Shown piece after piece: positions 21,445 to 29,293 of a stretch of 33,712 nucleotides of DNA. The number at the start of each line of letters is the position of its first letter. Within the stretch, counting starts at the first letter, position 1. The translations under genes were made by a program, and so were the position numbers. Location: the NCBI GenBank assembly GCA_031414955.1, contig JANOQV010000231.1:1-33712 (forward strand), given 5' to 3'. Source of the stretch: Pedosphaera sp. (GTDB lineage Bacteria > Verrucomicrobiota > Verrucomicrobiia > Limisphaerales > SIBH01). The notes below the pieces were generated by a model. That model searched no databases. It saw only the letters and a list, made by a program, of their open reading frames with translations, and had not been told where the DNA came from.

Positions 21445-22190
21445 AACTCACTCCCGCGCACATCAGCGCCATGAAGGGGCGCGAAAAGATCGCCGCGCTG
21501 ACCGCCTACGATTATCCGATGACGCGGTTGCTCGATGAGTGCGGCGTGCCGGTGCTGCTGGTCGGCGACTCCCTGGGCATGGTCGTGCTCGGTTATCCGG
21601 ATACGACGCACGTCACGATGGAGGAAATGGAACATCACATCCGGGCCGCGGCTCGGGCGAAGCCGAAGGCGCTGCTGGGTGGCGATCTGCCTTACCACAG
21701 TTACCGATCGCCCGAGCAGGCGCTGACCAACGCAAGACGACTGATCGCCGCCGGGGCCGAGTTCGTGAAGGCTGAAGGCGGTCGCGCCATCCTTCCGACC
21801 GTGCGCGCCATCATCGGTGCCGGGATTCCATTCATGGGGCACCTCGGCATGTTGCCCCAGCAGGTGCTGGAGGAAGGCGGCTATCACAAGAAAGGCCGTA
21901 GCGATGTGGAGCACAGCGCGCTACTCACTGATGCGAAGGCACTCGCGGAAGCCGGTGCGTTCGCCGTCGTCTTGGAACTGGTCTTCGCCGAAGTGGCGCG
22001 GGAACTGACGCAGGCGATTACTATTCCGACCATTGGCATCGGCTCAGGACCGGATTGCGACGGGCAAATCCTGGTCACGCACGATCTGTGGGGCACCTTC
22101 CCGTGGTTCACGCCCAAGTTTGTGAAGAAGCAGTTGAACAGCGCGGAGCAGATGCGCGCCATCGTGACGGAATGGAAGGGGGAATTGTAA
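21441..22190 (+). CDS. panB: 3-methyl-2-oxobutanoate hydroxymethyltransferase
   Basis: LTAYD, LLVGDSLGMV, VK.EGG, GHLG.LPQ, PTIGIGSG..CDGQILV. GTG start overlapping the upstream stop. Confidence 0.96.
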   Translation: MKLTPAHISAMKGREKIAALTAYDYPMTRLLDECGVPVLLVGDSLGMVVLGYPDTTHVTMEEMEHHIRAAARAKPKALLGGDLPYHSYRSPEQALTNARRLIAAGAEFVKAEGGRAILPTVRAIIGAGIPFMGHLGMLPQQVLEEGGYHKKGRSDVEHSALLTDAKALAEAGAFAVVLELVFAEVARELTQAITIPTIGIGSGPDCDGQILVTHDLWGTFPWFTPKFVKKQLNSAEQMRAIVTEWKGEL

Positions 22191-22684
22191 TGGCCGCAAA
22201 GAACGCCAAGAACCCAGAGATGAAGCAACTCAGTCACATCAATGACTCAGGCGCGGCGGCGATGGTGGATGTGTCCGCCAAGCCGGTGCAGTTGCGCGAA
22301 GCCATCGCGCGCGGGGAAATTCATCTCCAGCGCGAGACGCTGGCGCTCATTGAGCAAAACCAAATCGCCAAGGGCAACGTGCTCGCGACCGCGCGACTGG
22401 CCGGGATCATGGCGGCGAAGAAAACCGGCGAACTGATCCCGCTCTGTCATCCCCTGCCCATCACGCACTGCGAAGTGCAGTTCGAGATTCCTGCGTCGCG
22501 CGACCACATCATAATCACCGCTTCGGCGAAGATTGCCGCGCAAACCGGCGTAGAGATGGAAGCCCTCACCGCCGTCACCGTCGCCGCCCTGACCATCTAC
22601 GACATGTGCAAGGCGGCAGACAAACAGATGCGCATCACGGACGTGGTGCTGGTCTCGAAGACGAAACGCCCGAAGAAAACCTAG
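22190..22684 (+). CDS. moaC: Cyclic pyranopterin monophosphate synthase MoaC
   Basis: MVDVSAK, KGNVL..AR.AGIMAAK, LIPLCHP, TGVEMEAL, IYDMCKA. Start at ATG 22190 (TAATG coupling) or 22220. Confidence 0.95.
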   Translation: MAAKNAKNPEMKQLSHINDSGAAAMVDVSAKPVQLREAIARGEIHLQRETLALIEQNQIAKGNVLATARLAGIMAAKKTGELIPLCHPLPITHCEVQFEIPASRDHIIITASAKIAAQTGVEMEALTAVTVAALTIYDMCKAADKQMRITDVVLVSKTKRPKKT

Positions 22685-22690
22685 GCTGGA

Positions 22691-23218
22691 ATGGCGTACG
22701 ACTGCATCCAAATTGCCCGTGGCTCGCTGGAACTCGGCGTCTTCTCTCGCGAGGAGGCGGGAGAACTCCTGGCGGCGGGATTCCTCCGGCCGACTGATTC
22801 CTTCCGCACGGCCGAGGGAGCGCCGTGGCAGCCCCTGAGCCAGATTTTCCAGGCCGGGCCAGAGCCGGCGGGCCGGCTGGAAAAAGTGAAGGGAGCGGCC
22901 GCGAGCGTTGGATCCCAGGCGGCGAAGGTCACCGCCCGACTGGTTGCCCTCACCAGCCGGGGCCGCACCGCGCTGGTCGCAGCCGCCTCGCCCTTGTTGG
23001 AGGATTATCTCCCCCGCATCCGGGAGTCGGTCGGAGTCGCGCTGTCCAACACCGCCGGCGCGATTGACTCAAGACTTCAGGACGAGGCTTTCCTGCGCAA
23101 ACTTTTCGGTGCCACCTACGACACCCTGCCCAAACCGGTGCGGCGATTTGTCGGTGAAGAATCCTTCATTAAATTTTGCTTCAAGAACCGCGGCAAGTTG
23201 CTCGGCAAGAAAGACTGA
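22691..23218 (+). CDS. Hypothetical protein with N-terminal GYF_2 (DUF4339)-like domain
   Basis: LGVFSREE..ELL..G.L.PTD......WQPL pattern, followed by a helical C-terminus. Fits the operon between moaC and mog. Confidence 0.65.
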   Translation: MAYDCIQIARGSLELGVFSREEAGELLAAGFLRPTDSFRTAEGAPWQPLSQIFQAGPEPAGRLEKVKGAAASVGSQAAKVTARLVALTSRGRTALVAAASPLLEDYLPRIRESVGVALSNTAGAIDSRLQDEAFLRKLFGATYDTLPKPVRRFVGEESFIKFCFKNRGKLLGKKD

Positions 23219-23224
23219 ACTGTT

Positions 23225-23707
23225 ATGCAAATCCAAGCTGGCATCATCACCATCTCCGACCGCGCCTCGCGCGGGCAGTACGACGACCTCGGTGGGCCGG
23301 CGCTTAAGAAGGCAGCGGAAGGCTACGGCTGGCAGGTCGCCGCCGAATCCCTCGTGCCGGACGAGAAGCGCGAGATCCAGCGCGCCATTCGCGAACTGAT
23401 CAACAAAGGCTGCGCGCTGGTGCTGACCACCGGCGGCACCGGCGTGGCCCTGCGCGACGTGACGCCCGAAGCGGTACGGGAGATTGCGATTCGCGAACTG
23501 CCGGGCTTCGGTGAAGTGATGCGCATGGAGTCGATGAAGATCACGAAGAACGCCATTCTTTCGCGCAACCTGGCCGTGGTCGTGGATCACGCGCTGGTCG
23601 TCTGCCTGCCGGGGAAACCGAGCGGCGCGGTCGAGTGCCTGAGCTTTGTCGTCGGGGCCATTCCGCACTGTGTCGAGGTGTTGCAGGAAGTGCCGACAAG
23701 TTGTTGA
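23225..23707 (+). CDS. mog: MogA/MoaB family molybdopterin adenylyltransferase
   Basis: ITISDRA, DDLGGP, VPDE, TTGGTG...RDVTPEA, PGFGE.MR, LPGKP. Confidence 0.92.
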   Translation: MQIQAGIITISDRASRGQYDDLGGPALKKAAEGYGWQVAAESLVPDEKREIQRAIRELINKGCALVLTTGGTGVALRDVTPEAVREIAIRELPGFGEVMRMESMKITKNAILSRNLAVVVDHALVVCLPGKPSGAVECLSFVVGAIPHCVEVLQEVPTSC

Positions 23708-23718
23708 AAGACGAAGCA

Positions 23719-24525
23719 ATGAAGCACCACACCTCAAGCACCAAGCACCAGAGAAGCTCCAAACACCATGCTCCAACTATGCGCCCTCGCGCTGGCATGG
23801 CAGTTGGAGTTTGGTGTTTGGAGCTTCTCTGGTGCTTGGTTTTTGGATCTTGGAGCTGCGCCCGCGCCGCCGAATCCACCAACACCCTCAAGCCCTTCGT
23901 CCCCACCACCAAGTACGCCACCACTCGCGTCGCCGGCTGGACGGTGCGGGTGAATCGCGCGTTGCTCACCACTCAACACGAACTCGGCAGCAACGCCCTG
24001 GCCTTGCTCGCGGTAAAACTGCGCGAGATCACCAACACCGTGCCGCCGCGCGCCTGCGAGGCGTTGAAGCGCGTGCCCATCTGGCTGGGCACCAACGATG
24101 GCCACGCGCCTTGCGCCGAGTACCATCCCTCCAAGGACTGGCTGGCGAAGAATGGCTACAACCCCGACAAGGCGAAGTGCGTGGAGATCGGGAATGCGAA
24201 ACGATTTCTCGAATGGTCCCCCCGACAGCCGATGATGATTCTGCACGAGCTGGCGCACGCGTATCACGATCAGGTGCTGGGCTTCAGCGACAAGACCATC
24301 CGCGCCGCCTACGAGCGGGCCAAGGCCGACAGCCGCTACGACTCCGTGCGCCGCAACAACGGCAGGACCGAACGCGCCTATGCCTTGACGGACGATCACG
24401 AGTATTTTGCCGAGGCCAGCGAGGCGTTTTTCGGCACGAATGATTTCTATCCATTCATCCGCGTGGAACTGCAGGGGCATGACCCGGAGTTGGGCCGAAT
24501 CCTGGAAGAAGTCTGGAGCCGGTAG
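23719..24525 (+). CDS. Exported zinc metallopeptidase (HExxH plus downstream Glu; lethal-factor/MtfA-like)
   Basis: AEYHP, ILHELAHAYH, YA....EYFAE.SEAFF, NDFYPF. Alternative starts at 23779 and 23797. Confidence 0.85.
   Translation: MKHHTSSTKHQRSSKHHAPTMRPRAGMAVGVWCLELLWCLVFGSWSCARAAESTNTLKPFVPTTKYATTRVAGWTVRVNRALLTTQHELGSNALALLAVKLREITNTVPPRACEALKRVPIWLGTNDGHAPCAEYHPSKDWLAKNGYNPDKAKCVEIGNAKRFLEWSPRQPMMILHELAHAYHDQVLGFSDKTIRAAYERAKADSRYDSVRRNNGRTERAYALTDDHEYFAEASEAFFGTNDFYPFIRVELQGHDPELGRILEEVWSR
23724..23856. repeat. Heptamer-array inverted repeat element, copy 2 (overlaps the peptidase N-terminus)
   Basis: GCACCAC ACCTCAA GCACCAA GCACCAG-AGAA-GCTCCAA ACACCAT GCTCCAA, a loop, then TTGGAGT TTGGTGT TTGGAGC-TTCT-CTGGTGC TTGGTTT TTGGATC TTGGAGC. 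Confidence 0.9.
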
Positions 24526-24585
24526 CGTGGCTGGATGAAAGCGCGGACACCTTCGTCCGCGCAGCCAGAAGTTCGAGCACCGTGG

Positions 24586-25293
24586 CTACCGGGCGGAATC
24601 GAGCAAGGCCGTAACCGAGCCGTGTTCCTTGACGCGAATGTTCAGCTCGCGCGGCTGGGCCGAGGGAGAAGTGGAAACAAACTTGCCACCTCGCGCGCTG
24701 GCGAAGTCGCTCAACGGAATTGAAACTTTGCCGTCCTGCGGAAGGCCAGCGAACTGATAAGTGTAGCGCGAGCCGCCGGAGCGAAACGTGAGCGTGGTCG
24801 CAGTCCACGGAAAGTCGCTGCTGTTCTCCAGCTGTAGAACCCCCGCTTTGAGTTCCACCTCGGCGTCAAAAGCGTCGTCGAGGTCCACCGCTTCCATCGC
24901 GCCATTGGCATAAACCAGATCGCGCGGACGGCTGGCCAATACGCCGATGAAAACAAACATGGCCAGACCGACGATCACGACCATGCCCCATGAACTGGCC
25001 GACTCCAGACGAGTGCTGCCTTGCACGTCGGCAGTTCCACGGTCCTCCAGGTCAGCCGCAGCATACTCGGGTTGGGCGGACATCGGACCGGCCGCCACGA
25101 CTGGCGTGACATGTACTCGGAACGGAGGCGGGGCGGCCGCCGCCGGACTCACTTGGTTGTAGGGAAGCCAGCCCGCCATGCCCTCACGCCACACGTTGAC
25201 CGTCGGCAGGAGTGATCCGGCGGCAACGCGCGCCTGCAAATCGGCCTCACTGATCGGCCCGGAGGTTTCGCCGTTTTGTGAGAAGTAGTACAT
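24586..25293 (-). CDS. GYF_2 (DUF4339) domain single-pass membrane protein
   Basis: YYFSQNGETSGP.....L......G.L.....VWREGMAGW, Pro/Ala linker, one TM (WGMVVIVGLAMFVFIGVL), beta-rich C-terminus. Start at ATG 25293. Confidence 0.8.
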   Translation of the reverse strand: MYYFSQNGETSGPISEADLQARVAAGSLLPTVNVWREGMAGWLPYNQVSPAAAAPPPFRVHVTPVVAAGPMSAQPEYAAADLEDRGTADVQGSTRLESASSWGMVVIVGLAMFVFIGVLASRPRDLVYANGAMEAVDLDDAFDAEVELKAGVLQLENSSDFPWTATTLTFRSGGSRYTYQFAGLPQDGKVSIPLSDFASARGGKFVSTSPSAQPRELNIRVKEHGSVTALLDSAR

Positions 25294-25316
25294 GTCGTTA
25301 TCGGTGGTTGAGGTTT

Positions 25317-26036
25317 TCAGTCGCGCCCACGGAGCTTGGCCAGCAGACGAAGGAGTTCGAGATAAAGCCAGACCAGCGTGACCAAGAGCGAGAAGCCCGC
25401 GTACCATTCCAGATACTTGGGCGCGCCGTTGCAGACACCTTGCTCGATAAAATCAAAATCCAGGAGCAAGTTGAACGAGGCCAAGCCCACCACAAACAAA
25501 CTGAAGCCAATGCCAATCCAGCCCGTGCTGTGGATGTAGGGAATCTGTTTGCCAAAGAAGCTCAACACAAAACCGACGAGATAAAGCACCGCGATGGCTG
25601 CCGTAGCCGCGATGACTGCCGTCTTCAAGCCTTCGGTCACGCGGATGATGCGCGTCTTGTAGAGCGTGAGCATGATGACGAGCGTGCCGAAGGTCAGCCC
25701 TGCCGCCTGCGCCGCGATGTAGGGAAAAGACCGTTCCAACATGGCGGAGAGGCCGCCGAGAAAGAGTCCTTCGAGAAGCGCATAGACCGGACTGGTGTAG
25801 GGCGAGATGCGCGGCATGAAGCAGGTGACGATGCCGACCACAAGACCGCCGATGGCCCCGACCAGGATCAGCGGCATGGCCGGGGCGGGCTGATACCAGG
25901 CGTAGCAAAACGAAACCATGCAGAGCAGGATCAAGATGCCGGTTTTGTTCACCACCCCGTCGAGCGTCATGACGCCCCGCCCAGGTTGGGCATCGGTGAA
26001 GGTTGAATCGCGCAGAACTGGGTTGCCGCTTTTCAT
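25317..26036 (-). CDS. Bax inhibitor-1/YccA family membrane protein
   Basis: MKSGNPVL, MTLDGVVNKT, YALLEGLFLG, NLLLDFDFIE, EWY.GF.L.VTLVWLYLE.LRLL; about 7 TMs. Confidence 0.92.
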   Translation of the reverse strand: MKSGNPVLRDSTFTDAQPGRGVMTLDGVVNKTGILILLCMVSFCYAWYQPAPAMPLILVGAIGGLVVGIVTCFMPRISPYTSPVYALLEGLFLGGLSAMLERSFPYIAAQAAGLTFGTLVIMLTLYKTRIIRVTEGLKTAVIAATAAIAVLYLVGFVLSFFGKQIPYIHSTGWIGIGFSLFVVGLASFNLLLDFDFIEQGVCNGAPKYLEWYAGFSLLVTLVWLYLELLRLLAKLRGRD

Positions 26037-26372
26037 AGATATTCTCCTATCGGTTTGGGAAGCAATTTACCTAACTGGGAACACGCTAATCACTCTGAGG
26101 GTTGTGACAAGGCTGAAAACCACCAAATACGAATGGTGATGCGGGGCAACTGATCAAAACTCGTGGGTTTCCAACTGATCAAGCTCCACTACGTTCCCCT
26201 AAATGGCTCGGCCAATGGCACCACCGAAGAGATAATCGAGCCAGTGCAAACCTGGTCCAAGCCCGCCCCTGCGGGCGAAGCAACGTGGGGAGGCCGGGGT
26301 GGCGCGGACACGTATGGTCTTGGCTCCGCAGTCAGGCTCCCGGACGCTGCTGGCTTGCGCGGGGCATTTTGA

Positions 26373-26401
26373 TTGAGCCAGGATCTAGATCTCTCTAGCC
26401 T
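26373..26401 (+). promoter_or_regulatory. Putative promoter, possibly giving a leaderless mRNA
   Basis: TTGAGC, 17 nt, TAGCCT, 6 nt, then ATG 26408. Confidence 0.4.
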
Positions 26402-26407
26402 CACCAT

Positions 26408-27118
26408 ATGCACGTTGAGTCTACTGCGGCGGTCTTCAAGGTCTTGTCCTCTGACAACCTCATTTATGGGCCGATCGACCTTGTGACCCTCGTGCAATGG
26501 GTCCGGGAAAGGCGGGTGCAGCGGGAATCCTGGGTTCATTCCGAAACGGCCAACAACTGGGTCTCCGCCGGGGCGATCAATGACCTGCAACCAGAGTTTG
26601 AGGCCCTGGCGGCAACGCTGGAGTCGGCATCGACCACCGAGGCGAACTCGCCGGCAATCTCGCTTGAGGAATTACGCGGCTTCGAACGGTTCGCTCCTTA
26701 CTCCAACGAGGATCTCACCGTCCTGATCACTTTCTGCGAGCTCGTCACCGCCGCGAAAGGTGATTTGATCATCAAGAAGGGGGACCTGAGCGACTCCATG
26801 TTCCTCGTCCTGTCCGGACAGGTCCGGGCACGCCTCCGGGTCGGAGGGCACGACACCTCGCTGGGGACGATGGATCCGGGCGAACTCTTTGGAGAGGTCG
26901 CGATGCTCAGCCAGTCGGCCCGCTCGGCCGATGTGGTGGCCGAGGCTCCCACCCGGCTGCTGCGGCTGACCTCGGAGCGCTTTCAGGAAATGATAGCCAA
27001 CCATTCGCAACTGGCGGCCCGGATGCTTTACAACATCGCGCGCCTCCTGGCCTCCCGATTGTCACAACGCAATCAGGAACTGCAAAAGGACCTCGCCTCG
27101 TCCTTCGTCTGGCGTTGA
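26408..27118 (+). CDS. GYF_2-like plus cyclic nucleotide-binding domain protein (no HTH)
   Basis: N-terminal YGPIDL..L..WV...RV....WV......W. cNMP domain IIKKGD....MFLVLSG.V and FGEVAML....RSADV. The protein ends after the C-helix. Confidence 0.85.
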   Translation: MHVESTAAVFKVLSSDNLIYGPIDLVTLVQWVRERRVQRESWVHSETANNWVSAGAINDLQPEFEALAATLESASTTEANSPAISLEELRGFERFAPYSNEDLTVLITFCELVTAAKGDLIIKKGDLSDSMFLVLSGQVRARLRVGGHDTSLGTMDPGELFGEVAMLSQSARSADVVAEAPTRLLRLTSERFQEMIANHSQLAARMLYNIARLLASRLSQRNQELQKDLASSFVWR

Positions 27119-27274
27119 GTGCTCCGCGGCCACCGACTCCGGTCCGAATCGGGACTCAAATTCGCGTCAATTTGCTCTAATTATTTGACCGCAAGGATGG
27201 AAGTAAGCAGCATGCGGCGGCTGACTTAGGTAAGCCCAAGTCAAAAGGATGATTCCCAATTCCTATTAGTTGCC

Positions 27275-29131
27275 ATGAGTGACGAATTTGCCGCCACGAC
27301 CAATTCGCCGATCCAAGACTATCTCCGGGAACTTCACGCTCGTCACGCCGCGCTGCGTGACGGTCAAGTGGCCACCTACATTCCCGAACTGGCCAAGGCG
27401 AACCCGGACTGGTTCGGCATCTGTCTGGTCACGACCGAAGGTCATGTTTACGAAGTGGGGGACTCGCGGCAACACTTCACCATCCAATCCATTTCAAAAC
27501 CGTTCGTTTATGGCTTGGCGCTCGAGGATAACACTCGCGCCGAGGTGATGAAAAAAATCAGCGTCGAGCCAACCGGGGAGGCCTTCAATGCCATCAGCCT
27601 CGAGCCCGGCACTGGTCGCCCACGCAATCCGATGATCAACGCTGGAGCCATCGCCGCCGCCGGCCTCATCGCAGGCAAAGAGGCGCCAACCCGGCTACGG
27701 CGCATGTTGGAGATGTTTTCGCTTTACGTCGGGGAAGACGTGGCGATTGACGAACCGGTCTATAAGTCGGAGAGCACGACCGGTCATCGCAATCGCGCCA
27801 TCGGGCACATGCTGCGCAACTTCGATATTCTGACGGAGCCGCCCGACCCCGTGGTGGATCTGTATTTCAAGCAATGTTCCGTGTCGGTCAATTGTCGCAA
27901 CTTGGGGGTGATGGCGGCCACGCTCGCCAATCACGGGGTCAATCCGATCACAGGCCGACAGGCCATCCGGGGCGAATATGTGGAGAGCGTGCTCAGCGTG
28001 ATGGGTTCGTGCGGCATGTATGATTACGCAGGAGAATGGTTGTATCGCGTCGGCATGCCGGCCAAGAGCGGCGTGGCGGGGGGCGTCATCGCCGTGTTGC
28101 CGGGGCAGTTGGGCATCGGCGTCTTCTCTCCCCCGCTCGACGGTCATGGGAACAGCGTCCGAGGCCTGAAGGTGTGCGACGACCTCTCGCGCCACTTCGA
28201 CCTGCATCTGTTTAACACACCTCACGCCAGCAAATCGGTCATCCGGCTTAAATTCACCGCCGCCGAAGTGAATTCCAACCGCATCCGCACCTCCGAGGAG
28301 GCCGAACTGCTGCGGGTTCACGGCAGCAGCATCCAAGTCATCCAGCTTCAAGGCAATCTGGTCCTCTCCACCGCTGAGGTCGTAGTGCATGATGTGCTGT
28401 CATCCTTCACTCGACTGAGTGTGGTGCTCCTCGACTTTAAGCATGTGCTTTCCATCAACGAGAGTGCCACCCGGTTGCTCTATCAACTCCTGCTCAAGCT
28501 TCGGGAGCAGGGCGCACCATTGGTTTTCACCAACACCGCGCGCATGACCCAACTGCGCCGTTATATGAAGTTGAAATTGAAGGAGGAGTTCGACTCGCAA
28601 TTCCATGCCTTCGACGACAACGATGCCGCGCTCGAATGGTGTGAAAATCGTCTGTTGGCTCAAAAGCTGGAGGGCGCAGTCACCGGACGCACCATCCAAA
28701 CGGCCGACTACCAATTGCTGGCCGGTCTCAACTCGCAAGAAATCGCCGCCGTTCAAGCGTGCCTCGAACGCCGCAAATTCCAGCCGGATGAAGTCATCAT
28801 CCCGTTCGGAGCGCAGGCCGGAGAGTTGTATTTTCTGACCCGCGGCCGCGCCAGCGTCACGCTGCCTCGAGCCAGAGGCACGGCAAAGCGGTTGGGCACT
28901 TTTTCATCCGGCATGGCCTTTGGGGAAATGGCCTTACTGGATGAATCGCCCCGCTCGGCAACCGTGACGGCTGATACGGAGGTCGAGTGCGATCTGTTAA
29001 AAATCGCCGACTTCAAGCGCTTGAGTGAAAACCATCCGCGCATCGTCCTGGTCATGATGCGAAATCTTGCGTTGGGCCTTTCCCGGAATCTCAAGAAGCG
29101 AAACCAGGAGTTCAGCGTTTTTGATTATTGA
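27275..29131 (+). CDS. glsA: Glutaminase A fused to STAS and cNMP-binding domains
   Basis: VATYIPELA, FTIQSISKPF (SxxK), EPTG.AFN, NPMINAGAI, CGMYD.AG, PAKSGVAG. Then STAS-like QLQGNL...VLLDF..V.SI and cNMP FGEMALL...PRSATV. Confidence 0.95.
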   Translation: MSDEFAATTNSPIQDYLRELHARHAALRDGQVATYIPELAKANPDWFGICLVTTEGHVYEVGDSRQHFTIQSISKPFVYGLALEDNTRAEVMKKISVEPTGEAFNAISLEPGTGRPRNPMINAGAIAAAGLIAGKEAPTRLRRMLEMFSLYVGEDVAIDEPVYKSESTTGHRNRAIGHMLRNFDILTEPPDPVVDLYFKQCSVSVNCRNLGVMAATLANHGVNPITGRQAIRGEYVESVLSVMGSCGMYDYAGEWLYRVGMPAKSGVAGGVIAVLPGQLGIGVFSPPLDGHGNSVRGLKVCDDLSRHFDLHLFNTPHASKSVIRLKFTAAEVNSNRIRTSEEAELLRVHGSSIQVIQLQGNLVLSTAEVVVHDVLSSFTRLSVVLLDFKHVLSINESATRLLYQLLLKLREQGAPLVFTNTARMTQLRRYMKLKLKEEFDSQFHAFDDNDAALEWCENRLLAQKLEGAVTGRTIQTADYQLLAGLNSQEIAAVQACLERRKFQPDEVIIPFGAQAGELYFLTRGRASVTLPRARGTAKRLGTFSSGMAFGEMALLDESPRSATVTADTEVECDLLKIADFKRLSENHPRIVLVMMRNLALGLSRNLKKRNQEFSVFDY

Positions 29132-29293
29132 TCGAGAGCCAGGGAGCGCGGCTCTGCGGCAGGCGATGCCTCCGCCAAGTCGCACCTTCGCAGGTCCGAA
29201 GCAGCCGGTGACTGAATCATGGTCAGAGTCCGATTGGATCAACCCAGAAGAGCAATGCTTTACTTGAAATCACGGCCAAGCAATAACACCGCA

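Noticed and set aside
11752..23755. The two heptamer elements have their AGAA cores exactly 12,000 nt apart
   Set aside because: No mechanism is suggested and no similar element is evident at other multiples; treated as coincidence.
11717..23856. CRISPR array interpretation of the repeats
   Set aside because: No constant 23-47 nt repeats separated by unique spacers, and no cas genes. The units are 7-11 nt tandem arrays or inverted pairs.
27185..27250. GGAAGTAAG plus a hairpin upstream of glsA as a glutamine (glnA-type) riboswitch
   Set aside because: The flanking CGTT...GAAGGAACG-type elements are absent, and the motif falls within a putative TTGACC-17-CAGCAT promoter spacer.
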